From: Rhina ancylostomus
Lineage: Eukaryota
DNA: 64,000 bases
Direction of reading: 5' to 3'
Assembly: GCA_030265395.1 (NCBI GenBank)
Contig: JARFYF010000094.1
Location: 91,232,636 to 91,296,635, forward strand
Shown: one piece after another, positions 52,370-64,000 of the stretch
How the letters are laid out: each line of letters opens with the position of its first letter
Numbering within the stretch: the stretch's first letter is position 1
Position numbers and translations under genes: made by a program
Notes under the pieces: model-generated
The model's database searches: none
What the model saw: only the letters and a program-made list of their open reading frames with translations
Told to the model about the DNA's origin: nothing

Positions 52370-54266
52370 CTAAACAATAGCAAAGGGATCAAATTTCAAG
52401 GTACACAATAGCAGAGCAACACATTNNNNNNNNNNNNNNNNNTAAAGAATCCAATAATTTACTGCTTAATAGCCAACTCAAAAATTGAGAGAAAGCACCA
52501 AATAAGAATTTTGAGGAAAAAAAAGTACAAACCGAAGTTCAACCGTGGAATATGAGATAAAGTGAAGAGTTCCTTCTCAACAATTTAAGTAACTACAGTG
52601 CAATCTCAATATAATACCACTCTCTGTGGACAACTTTAGCACTAGCAGCAGCATAAGTAAACCTAACATTTAATTAATTTTGGAACCCCTCTTTCAATTT
52701 CCATTTCATGACATGGCTCCATATGCTAGTGTCCTTATCCAACTGAAAACTACCTCATCAATGCTCTAGTATATACAGAAGCATACACACAGAGTTTGAG
52801 TAGATTTTTCCAATATCTCCCATATTTTTCACTCAATCTCAATTGTTGTATACCAAGCTGCAATTTATGGAACAGTTCCAACCATTCCCCAGCAATGGAT
52901 TGTCAATCCTTTTTCAGAATCTATTACACCCTTATCAGTATTGCTCTTACAAGAGGGACTTTGACAAACAAAGATCTCTTCCATTCTGATGACCTACCCA
53001 TGATCCTGGAAGAAATGGGACACAGCTGTGCATAGAGAACAATCTGAGAACACTGGAGCCATAAAATCCCACCTAACTATAAATAGCAGGTGCATGCACA
53101 CAGACTCTCCCTGGGGGACAAGTCCCATAGCCACTGATTCTCACTGGGTAGAAGTCTACAGACATTTACTCAGAGAATCTGGTCTCATGGACACCAAACC
53201 TTCAGGACTCTGCATTTGCCGAAATTAGAATCCATTTGCCATAACTCTATCCAATCATTCAATGCATTAATCTCTCCTTGTAAATCTAATACAATCTAAT
53301 AAAGCTAATATATCCATGCATGATGGATTACAGACTTTGATCTTTATATCACAATGGAATAAAACATCCTGAAATGGGAGACAAAAACATTTACAATATA
53401 TCCAAAATTATGAGATAAGATGTGCTATATTGAGATTGCACTGTATTGGTTTCATTCACACGCAAAGAAATTCAGCACTAGTTCCACTCTATGCCAAAAA
53501 AATACCCATGCAAGATTTAGCATAAATGTAATAAAGCTACTAAAATACATCATTAAACAGGCGACATCCCAAAGTGAAATTGTGATCTTATGCAATGAGA
53601 CTTGACCATTTCTCTTAATGCATTAAAAAGGATGGTGGGTACATAATGTTCTTTATTATGACCAATTTATTCTTAGTAGGTTTCTGATTCAATTAAAACC
53701 AATCTTCAAGTTATTGTACAAAAGAAGACAATTTCCTTTGTGATACATATTCAATTTCAAAGATTAGATAATTAGTTTGTTAGATAAGTGATTATGTTGA
53801 GAATTTTGAAGTAGAAGTTGAAAACTTAAAAGCTTGAAAATTAAATATAACAATAATATCGTAAAATTTAATAATGTCTGATAAATACTTATGAACCCTG
53901 GAAGGCAATGAATCAGAGGGCAGCACCAATACAAACTTCAAAATGGATATGGCAAATACATGAACTCAGGCAAGATAATTAATCTCAACATTTCGATAAA
54001 AAATGCATTATTCATGGAGAACTGGCCCCCTTTCACTGGACATGGCTAGTGCTTCTACTGTACACAGCATTGACTTCCACAACAAGCCAGCAGACATTCA
54101 CCCATCTGGTCCTACTGTTCACTCTGCGGTTATTTTTCAATTAGATTTACATTCCAGGGAACATGTNNNNNNNNNNNNNNNNNNNNNNNNNNNNNNNNNN
54201 NNNNNNNNNNNNNNNNNNNNNNNNNNNNNNNNNNNNNNNNNNNNNNNNNNNNNNNNNNNNNNNNNN

Positions 54267-54760
54267 AGGAGTTTGTGGGAATGAGGGGGGGGGGGGTGGG
54301 GAACGATAGATCAGTGGAGGAAAGGGGTGGTTGGATACCTTGACATGGAGCAGGCTCGATGGGCCGAATGGCCTTTTGCTCCCTTGTGATCTTGTAATAC
54401 ACTGACAAGCTCTCCTTTTATGTTATAAGGAAATATAAAAAAAAAGAGATGGTCAATTCCAAGAAAGACTCATCTCTAGGAAATAGCAAAAGAGTCTGGA
54501 ATACCTCACACGATTTAGTTCCTGCTTCCTAGTCTAGCCAGAGGGTGGTGAATTTGTGGAATTCTTTGCCACGTACAGCTGTGGAGGCCCAATCATTGGA
54601 GGTGTTTAAGGAGGAGATAGAAAGGTATCTAATTAGTCAAGGTATCAAAGGATATGGGGATAAGGCTGGAAATTGGGTCTAGAAAGGAATATTTTTTTCT
54701 CATGGAGCAGATTCAATGGGCCGAATACCCTACTTCTGCTCCCTTGTCTTGTGATCTTGT
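54267..54760 (+). mobile_element. Two adjacent CR1 3' ends
   Basis: Both end in atgggccgaat...gctcc...cttgtgatcttgt. Confidence 0.75.
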
Positions 54761-57699
54761 GACTGAATTGAGATTGATGGGATGAATTATGCTTACCGAT
54801 TTTTTTAAAATAAGCTGTACAATTACTACCAACTAAAAACCAAATCTCCACAGAAGCTGGAAATCTGACATAAAAGTCTGTTCCTCTTTCCACAGATGCT
54901 GCCTGACCTGCTGAGTGTTTCCAGCATTTTGTGTTTTTATTTATGCCTGACTACTAACAATTAATTCCCTCCTATATGCCTCTTTCTTCTAATTTCAAAA
55001 AATTAATTCTTTTCTACTAGTGAATGGATACCCCTTGTAAGGTCAGTCGGTGGGGTGGGGGAGTGAACAATGAGCTAAACTTAGGTGGAGCAGTTTGTAG
55101 AGAAGCCCAGATTTGAGGACTTGCTATTTTTTAAATTAATCTTAACACAACTCCTGAATAGTTTGCTGGAAAATCCGAGATTCCTTCAAGTCAGATATTG
55201 AATCAATTTTTGTACTGAATTTTAAAAAGTGCGTCAAAAATGATATTGTAATTCATTTGAGGAATTTTACAGCAGCAAACATGACAATGATTATTAGTAA
55301 TTTCTAATTTTATTTAAATTCTCAGCTCAAACTATGGGTAAAATTACCGCAAGGTACATGCATTCTGGAAGGTGCCAGAGTTGTCCCCAGTCAACTACGG
55401 AAATAAACTGGAGCTGATGATGCATGCACCCGAGAACTCCAGCCATGGTGCCTACACACCTGCCATTTACCTGGGCTGGACACAGCAGATTGCATGGGCC
55501 CTCCACAGCCAAGTCAGGCAATGAGATCCTAACAGTGAATAAGCCAAAGGGGAAAACTGGAAGAGGGAGAAGAGCTTTGCCTTCTGCCAAAATTAAATGT
55601 TCCTGACCCTCCAATACAGTGAAACTATTAATCTGCAGGTTTGGATCGCTCATGGAAATCCAACTGATTTCAGATCAGATATCATATGTTGCAGCAAAAA
55701 GACCCTAGAAGTGGTTTCTTCGTAACTACTGGTGAACCCCAGCAAGACGAGGCAACACCCTTGGAATCGATAGGAGTCCAGCAGAACATAGCGCGTAAAG
55801 GATAGAGTCCATGGGTTGGAGCCTGGTCTCGCCCCTCCCCCACCAGCACCATTCAGGTATGTTTGGGTGTGTGGTGTGCTGTTTTCTTTATTATTTTCTA
55901 CCAATGGAACCTGTGGATATTTGATTTTAATCAAGTAGGAACATTGTATCTGCATGGTATCCCATCAAATCTCAGGAACATCACAAAGTGCTTTATGTAC
56001 AATGAAGTATGCTGAAATCAAACAACAGAACATCTATTTTGCACATAAGTAGTTGTCCAGAGAGGAGGAAAATATCTATCACTCAGTAGAGTACTGCAAT
56101 GCCATTCAAGCCAATGAGACAATTATCCTCAAACCAGAGAAAGTTTTAACCATAGCTTTCTAATGAGAACCAAGGGCAAAAAGAACTCATTTGCAGTTCC
56201 TAGTTCTTTGTAAATCACATCCTCTCATTGGAATGAACACAGATTCACGGGTCATTAAAACAAAAATATTGGAAATACCAAAGAGGTCAACAGCATCTGT
56301 GGAGAGAGAAAAAAAAGTTAACCTTTGGGATCAGTTCTTATCAGAACTGGGAGAAAGAAATAAGCTTGTTTTAAATTACAGAGAAGAGGTTGGGATTGGG
56401 ACAATGAAGGAAATGAATGTGATGGGGGTGAATGTCAAGAGAATCCAGGTGGCACAAATGGAACTGATACAATCCAAGAGTGGATATTGAAGGCTTGTTA
56501 ATTATAGATAAACTGTCTGGAGGTGTAAATAGAGGAAGATGAAATAGAACCCATTGGGACTCAATATTATATTAAACGTTCAGATAATCAGCCTTTGCAG
56601 TTTATGCCATAACTAACTAGTTCTGATGCCAGAATTATGAGGGGTTAAGAATGTTACAACATAGGTTCTTGCTCAAAACAATACAAAAGAAATCATGCCA
56701 GCAGATATCTCGCTGAAACCCCGAGATCAAACACTGCTCAAACAAAAATGTCGGCTGAACTCCATCTGAATCACATTTTCACTCAACAGTACCTAAACAT
56801 CCAAGGTTAATTCTGTTAACTAGCTATATTCATAAACCATCCATTCCCCTACAAGCTTTTTATTCAACATGTAAGCTGTGTTATGACGGGATGCATCATG
56901 CCCAAATTATCTGAGCACCAATGTGTACAGGCATGGCTAACTTCATTGTGACATTATGCTCCCTTCCGAAAATAGCATAAAAACAAATCATCCCTGCCAT
57001 TATTCCACTGCAGCATAGTTCAGGAACTAATGGCCCACTCAGACTTTTATCAAAAAAGGATAAGGCATTAAATAGCACAGGGTAGTCGCAACAACAATGT
57101 GCAACTAAAGAAAAATCAAGTACTTATAAACAATGTTTGTAATCAAGTGTTGGAACAACTTAGCAAACAAATTCANNNNNNNNNTGACTGACAACAAAAA
57201 TGAAACATTGAGGATCTCAGCAGGCTTCCACCAAAACACTTCTGACCATCCAAAACCTGGTTATTGACTTAGTTTTGACGCTACATATAAAGTGCAGAAT
57301 CCCTGGAAGGGTCTCACATTTGCAGGACGTTATCCCAGAACAAATCAATAGAACCTGCTGGCCAGCATCTTTTGCTAATGGTGCAATTACATGGATTGCA
57401 AGTAAAATGTTCAGTGTATTTATTCCTCCATTCCAGGAGAACAAATTGAGCTGTACATTTCTAATATAATCCAGGAGGAGGAATATACATAGTTAAGGCG
57501 GAAGGTCTGAGTTGATCAGATTTTGTAAGGGAGATGGGAAAATACGGTGCAGACAAAATTAAAAACTGAAAGGGAATGTTGAAAATAGCAGCCAGAGTCA
57601 GGATACTGTCAGCAATGTGGCAGGTTAAAGGTTGTAGATATCAGACAAAATAACTAACAAGGTGGAAGAACAGCTGCACAAATAAAATTTTAAAATAGA

Positions 57700-57925
57700 A
57701 GTTTTTCTTTACACAGAAAGTGATGGGTGCCTGGAATGTGCTGCCAGACGTGGTAGTGGAGGCAAATATGATAAAGGTGTTTAGAAGGCACTTAGATAGG
57801 CACATCAGTGTGCTGAGAATGGGGGGGATATGGACATCGTGTAGACAGAAGGGATTCGTTCAGTTAGGCGTTTAATTAGTTCGGCACAATATCATGGGCC
57901 AAAGGGCCTGTTCCTGTGGTCTATA
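57700..57925 (+). mobile_element. CR1 3' end
   Basis: ttacacagaaagtgatgggtgcctggaatgtgctgcc...gggccaaagggcctgttcctgtg. Confidence 0.8.
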
Positions 57926-58176
57926 TAAGCTTTGTGCATTAATAGTGTGTGCTAAATAATAAATAAATGTAGAATTCAGCACATCTTTCAGATATCTGAA
58001 ATTAGACTCTAATGGGAACTGAGTAACTCCATTATGAGCTACAGCGGTGGAATATCTTAATGAGAACAGGGGCCACTGTCATAATTGTTATTCCATGGTT
58101 TGCACTTTGATTTACACACTAAAACTGCACTGGCATTACCACCATAAGATCAGCACACAGTTCCACAGATACTGAC

Positions 58177-58497
58177 CTTATCAAAGGAACCAGTTGACCA
58201 AGAGCTGTCCGACCACCAGCCGCTGGTTGCTTTCACTTTAGCAGTACTTTTTGTTGGGCTTTTCTTAACACTGTCACGCAGGTTTGTGAACTTGCCCCTA
58301 TGTTTAGTCGAGGACACAGGCAGAGTTGCAGAGGTATAGTACTTGTGTGTAGTAAAATGCTGCTGCTGAGGCTCCAGACATTGTTGACGCGGATTCACTT
58401 GCAACCTTGGGTTACTTGAAAAATGCATTAATCTCCCCAGTTCACAACCTTCTGGCACACCACAAGAGTATGCATGTTTGTAACAATAAGTTGTCAT
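58177..58497 (-). CDS. dlg1: Putative alternative first coding exon of dlg1 (SAP102/PSD-93-like N-terminus, 107 aa)
   Basis: ATG at 58497 with A at -3 (GCAAAATGA). 321 nt open frame MTTYCYKHAYSCGVPEGCELGRL...YTSATLP...LRDSVKKSPTKSTAKVKATSGWWSDSSWSTGSFDK ending at donor AAG|GTCAGT (phase 0, compatible with downstream exons). Motifs resemble recalled DLG3 and DLG2 N-termini. Confidence 0.78.
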
Positions 58498-58504
58498 TTT
58501 GCAG

Positions 58505-58720
58505 CTCAGAAAGAGAAAGAAATTATTTTGTAATAAGAAAACAAAAATACAAATTGCTAGGTCAGGCAGAAAGCAAACGGGAAAAAAAATCAGTACTGCA
58601 ATGTTGGAGCATTTATCACAGAAGAGCTCCGCTAGGAAAGGCAGAGAAGCAGAATCTGATTCTAGCCAGTAGCGCTCTCCAATTAATGAGCACCAATGGG
58701 CACTGCACATGACAGCCCTC
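58505..58720 (-). promoter_or_regulatory. Candidate internal promoter/5'UTR region of the alternative first exon
   Basis: Two CCAAT motifs (58679-58683, 58693-58697) and an E-box CACATG (58706-58711) about 180-210 bp upstream of the ATG, in sequence with no recognisable repeats. Confidence 0.35.
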
Positions 58721-61324
58721 TTTTCCCAGGCACGAATAATCAATGCACAGCACAGATTTGTCATATGGGTGACAAAGTTCACCTTACAAACACACTCAAC
58801 ACATTCTAACGTACAATCACCCTCAAGAACCTTCCACTTTTTGATATCTCCCTTCCTTCCCCAAAGGAGGGAAAACTTAACGTTTAAAGTGCTGTGGCTA
58901 TAGAATTGGTCACTTTTGAACCTGGCAATGTACCTTATGGCCTTTCAAAATTGAAAGTTCTATGATTATAAATCAGATTTTAAAGATTTCAGTTATGGGA
59001 ATACATTCTACTTGGTTGTCATAAATATTCCATAAATCAAAGAAACAAGACTAACAGAGTCCTTTTCAATCGCATTTTTCCCCCAACACTACAGTTAACA
59101 CTTAATAGTTAATAACCAACACATCAACCACCACTTCCATCTCACCGTGACCAGCCAATGCAATCAAAGAAAAAAACTACATAAAATTTCTGTATAATAA
59201 AATGTCACATACTAAGAAGCACAGAACTTCATTATTGTTAATCTTATGTATCTAATACAAAATTATAGTTGTTGAAGTCTCTTGAAGAGTAAAATACAGA
59301 AATTTGTTAAGATTGTATGGGAAATACACAGGAAAAAGTTTTCAAACAAAACACTAAAGGTATACATCATGGAGCTTAAATCATAGGCAGTCAGCTGGCA
59401 AGCACAGGCAGAGATGAATAAAAACTGACAGCAATCCAGACTAATCACCATGGAGCTGCCACAGCTCATCATCTTTGGTGTACAGATGTAACCAGAGGCT
59501 ACAAAAGCCACACACTAATGCAAAAGTCAAAGCAGTCTGAGCCAGGAGGAGGATGAGTGCATTAAAAGCCAGAATGATGGTGCAGGCTCTGCCAGCAGCT
59601 TTCAGGATTTTCCACTGCATGTGCAAGTGAAAGCAGAAGTTCTCCTGTAGAACAACACTGGATTCAATAAAGCAATATAATACCAGTTCAGTTTACTTTG
59701 TTATAAGATCATACTTGGACCAAAGAGGCTGAACATGTTTGTATCCAAAGCAGCATTCCAGCCTCAAATGATCCTTTCAATTTTTAGATCTTTAAGACAC
59801 TCAACGTTTCAGTCATAAAACAATGGCAGAAAGATGATTTTAAAAGTGGCAATAACAGATGGTCATAAATTAAGACAACACTACACAGTCTGACCTGCCA
59901 ACAATTTCCCCATTTACAATTTATTCACTTGATGTAGTTTCATAATTTACGTCAAAGTTCCTAGTGCAAAATAGAAGTGAAATCTATTGAAACCCATGTT
60001 CTTGAAGGGCTATTCAACTAATACCACAAAAATCTCAGCTTCATTGCAATAAAAACAACTAAAGCCATTACAGCTTCAGAATTAATCTTTGAAACCCAGT
60101 GATGTGCTTTACTCATATTAACTCTGATAAAATATCATTGCTGTACCGAAAGATTACTTCATTTCTGGCATTTGAGAGATTCCGACAATTTCATATAAAT
60201 GCAGCAATTGGCATAGGGTTGAGTTCAGATTTTAAGAGCATCATTTCCTGTTGTTAACAATGCAGAAATATTAAACTCGTTGTGTCTCCTTTTAAGATCT
60301 TCCTTGGTTAAGATTTGTGGAATTACCTTCCTGAATATAAATTGTCAAATGGAGAACTAAAACCAAAGTGCAGAAAACAAGCATGGAGATTAATGACCAA
60401 GAATCTTGATTGAATTGGGCTCTAGCATTGTGAAAGAATCATAAATTGAAAAGCAGGGGCCTCACAGATTTATTGATGATAACACTTTTCATAGGAACTA
60501 ACAACTTGTACCTACGTGACAAGATAACAAAGACGCAAGGTACAGATGGCACATCTTGTAATCAAAAAAACAAGCACAGGCCCTCAGTGGCTAATCAGGT
60601 AATGATTATACATCAATAACAGTGGACAATGACAATAAAGAGTGGGAGATATGATCAATCAGCACAAGCATTTGGAATTGCAGCCAGAAGCAGCTAGAGG
60701 GAAGAGAATATGTAGTCCATAGACTTAAGAATGTCAATCTAGGCTGAACACTTTGTGAGTAACGCTTTGTATACAACTATCACCTGAGTTGAGGATCTTT
60801 GAGGTAATAACAGCTTAAGTGATTTGAAAGTAAAACTGTACAAGTGATTTTATCATTGTTCAAATGATTTATAATAGTGGTAAGAGTATTAATAGTATCT
60901 GTAGAAGGTATAATACATAATCTCGATAAGCTATAAAGTTAAAGCTCCTTGTCATCTGATTTGGTTTAAATTGAAAAGTTGAACCCATATTAGGGTCAGA
61001 AAGGTTATGAAAAAACTCATGTCCGACAGATTCATAGCTTCATTCTGTATCAGAACACAAGCTGCACAACGAGAGCAGGGTTCCCAGTCTGGCTGGACAT
61101 GCCAGAGATTTCATCACCATGATCTCATTTATACAATCAAATGTTACTGCCATGGATCATCAATACATCTATCCTCTCCATGTCTTCCAACGTGAATGGA
61201 GAAATAAATAACTTCTTAACAAAATGATTTGATTGATCTCAATTAATAGCCTGTTTATAACTGTCCTCACCCATTCCCCAAAGTTGGTGCAAACTAATAG
61301 CTAAAAGCAAGCAAAGTAAGGAAG

Positions 61325-62235
61325 GCATAGTGGCACAAATGGTAGAGCCGCTGCCTCAGTGCCAGAGACCAAGGTTCAATCCTGACCGGGTGTACTGTGT
61401 ATGTGGAATTTGTATGTCCTCCCTGTGACTGTCTGCATTTTCTTCCATATCCTGAAGGCATGTAGACTTGGAGGTGCATTGNNNNNNNNNNNNNNNNNNN
61501 NNNNNNNNNNNNNNNNNNNNNNNNNNNNNNNNNNNNNNNNNNNNNNNNNNNNNNNNNNNNNNNNNNNNNNNNNNNNNNNNNNNNNNNNNNNNNNNNNNNN
61601 NNNNNNNNNNNNNNNNNNNNNNNNNNNNNNNNNNNNNNNNNNNNNNNNNNNNNNNNNNNNNNNNNNNNNNNNNNNNNNNNNNNNNNNNNNNNNNNNNNNN
61701 NNNNNNNNNNNNNNNNNNNNNNNNNNNNNNNNNNNNNNNNNNNNNNNNNNNNNNNNNNNNNNNNNNNNNNNNNNNNNNNNNNNNNNNNNNNNNNNNNNNN
61801 NNNNNNNNNNNNNNNNNNNNNNNNNNNNNNNNNNNNNNNNNNNNNNNNNNNNNNNNNNNNNNNNNNNNNNNNNNNNNNNNNNNNNNNNNNNNNNNNNNNN
61901 NNNNNNNNNNNNNNNNNNNNNNNNNNNNNNNNNNNNNNNNNNNNNNNNNNNNNNNNNNNNNNNNNNNNNNNNNNNNNNNNNNNNNNNNNNNNNNNNNNNN
62001 NNNNNNNNNNNNNNNNNNNNNNNNNNNNNNNNNNNNNNNNNNNNNNNNNNNNNNNNNNGTGCTTCTATGCCCAATGCACACATGGTAGAGATATAATACA
62101 CTACCAACAACTGGTGAAACACATACTTCCAAAAATGTACGGGTAGGTTAATTTGGGGTTTAGAATGGGCGGTGTGGACTCGTTGGGCCGGAAGGGCCTG
62201 TTACCACGCTGTAACTAAAATTTATTTATAAATTT
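61325..62235 (+). mobile_element. SINE head (61325-61480) and SINE tail (62120-62235) flanking an assembly gap
   Basis: gtggcacaaatggtagagcc...ggttcaatcctgacc head. The tail gggccggaagggcctgttaccacgctgta matches 52020-52050. Confidence 0.65.
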
Positions 62236-62539
62236 ATCTTTATTCAAACTCTTAATTTGTAAAGATAACATAAATGCACAATACACTGCCTGTGAAGACA
62301 TAAGTTTAACACACTCAGTTAAACTTGTGGCTTCCTTTTGTTCTTAGGCCCAGACTTGGTGTCATTCCTAACTAGCGTGGTCCTTGGGTCTGGGATCCCA
62401 GATTCCTGCATTTTTCCAGGATTCACTAAGGAATTGCACCCTTCTTACAAGACCTATACTCCTCCTATTCCTTCTGTTCTCCTCATGAGAGAATACCACA
62501 TCAATAGTCCACTCCATGTTCACCCCATTTCTTTCATCT

Positions 62540-63700
62540 TTGTCCATTGCAGCTGGTTACCATAGTAACACCTCCATTTTCCACTTCATCAGTTACAGAC
62601 CTTCTTTGTTATTGCTACTGAGCCAGTCAGGTATCTGATAACTTATAGGAGGACCTCACTCTCCAAATGGGTCTCATGACTGGGCCTCATCATTTTGGCA
62701 TTTCAGTGTCTTCAGCTGGGGCTCTAATTATCCATTACTACCATACATAATAGTCAAGTCTTATATCTGCTGTTGAGACATAAGATGTTATTGGAGATGT
62801 CTCAGAATGGTCCAATTGTTTCTTATCCCATTACAATTAGCTGGCCACTGGCTTGTTGCTTCCAATTTGTTAGGCCTCAGACTTTGGGTTTCAGTAAATT
62901 GAGCTAACTTCCTAATATATTACTGCCACTTAGTAGAGTTGAGAAGATGTTACACTGGGGGCTAATGTCCCTTATATCATGCCAGTCTGGTTCCAGCCTG
63001 TAGTTATGTTTATTTCAGAGCCTTCACTGCCACTGATGGTTTCTCAAAAATTTCTAATTCAGAATCCTGCGATCTACAAGTCATTGTCAATCTCCTTGCT
63101 TATATTTTTGCAACATTCTTAGAAATCTTCATAGACCATTAACCATTCTTGTTTGTGTCAACTTCTACATGTATGTTGAAACTAAAAACTTTGCCCATTC
63201 TTCTCTTCTGTAATGATTATAATCCGACTACCACAATGTCCGTGACATTTTCTACATGTCTGATTTCAACTGCCATCCTTTATAACCACTGCTGTGTTCT
63301 GCAGCCTCAGTTATTAATAAGACTGTAACTCAAAGATGAAAATGAATCTTTCAACTCCCCACCAAAACTTCATATGTTAGCTACCAATTCTAATTTGCTG
63401 ATCAGTTACCTGCATGGCTTGTTATGAATCCAATGTGACACATGACTGCCTGACTTAAACTTGCCATTTAACTTCAAACTTATTGCCAAGGCTAGCTATT
63501 TGTACCCTCTACATGCGTGCCTGCTCTCTTCTACCTTCCACATCCAGGACTTTCATAACACCTTTTTGTCATTTTCGGTCAAAACAATAATAATCTCATT
63601 AAAATCTTCTGATTCATCCAATGAGTCCAATAAAAGGTTTTCTTTTGGTCTTGGCCTAGAATTTTGTAGCCACCAGAGGAGTGATGCTGCTCATCATCAA
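62540..63700 (-). mobile_element. Highly decayed LINE remnant
   Basis: Weak resemblance to L2/CR1 endonuclease-region sequence; no usable frame. Confidence 0.3.
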
Positions 63701-64000
63701 ACTCAACGAAAGCGGCACTTAAATTGAGCAACCCAGTAGACTTCTTTTCTGCTGAGTCTGCGGAGTCTCTTCAAGGCATGCCAAGTTTTCTTCCACTCTT
63801 TGATGGGAGTTCTGGAGTCCCCTCTCACCTGTGAAGTCTCTGTGATCCCTTCTACTGAGACGGGTTGCTATTGGGCATCAGCATTCAGCATCAGTGATAT
63901 CAAGTTGGCTGAGCAGCCAATAACATGAAAAGTGACTCACAGACCACAAACCAGACAGCAAAAAGCACAACCTCAACTAATTTTAAATTATTTTGTAAAG

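Noticed and set aside
58498-58782. Upstream extension of the 210 aa ORF
   Set aside because: Low-complexity Phe/Leu-rich reading of a pyrimidine-rich UTR or promoter. Similarity to DLG2/DLG3 starts only at the ATG at 58497.

Overview
Eukaryotic, AT-rich, repeat-dense genomic DNA with several N gaps. The repeats (CR1-clade LINE 3' ends, tRNA-derived V-SINEs, Deu-type SINE remnants, Penelope-like inverted repeats) point to a cartilaginous fish; this is an inference. The whole window lies inside dlg1 (SAP97, a MAGUK scaffold) on the minus strand. Eight canonical GT-AG exons were located by eye with matching phases: proline-rich I1A, I1B, the pre-PDZ1 exon, two PDZ1 exons, two PDZ2 exons and the PDZ2-PDZ3 linker. 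The L27, PDZ3, SH3 and GK exons were not seen and should lie outside the window. The main finding is an intronic 107-codon phase-0 exon at 58177-58497 (minus) with its own ATG and a donor. It resembles the N-terminus of SAP102/DLG3 and an alternative N-terminus of PSD-93/DLG2, suggesting a SAP102-like DLG1 isoform from an internal promoter. Also seen: an rpl29 processed pseudogene, hammerhead-ribozyme-like cores in palindromic Penelope-like remnants, a ~900 bp foldback element and nested LINE insertions. Protein comparisons are from recalled sequences and repeat boundaries are approximate; both need alignment to confirm.
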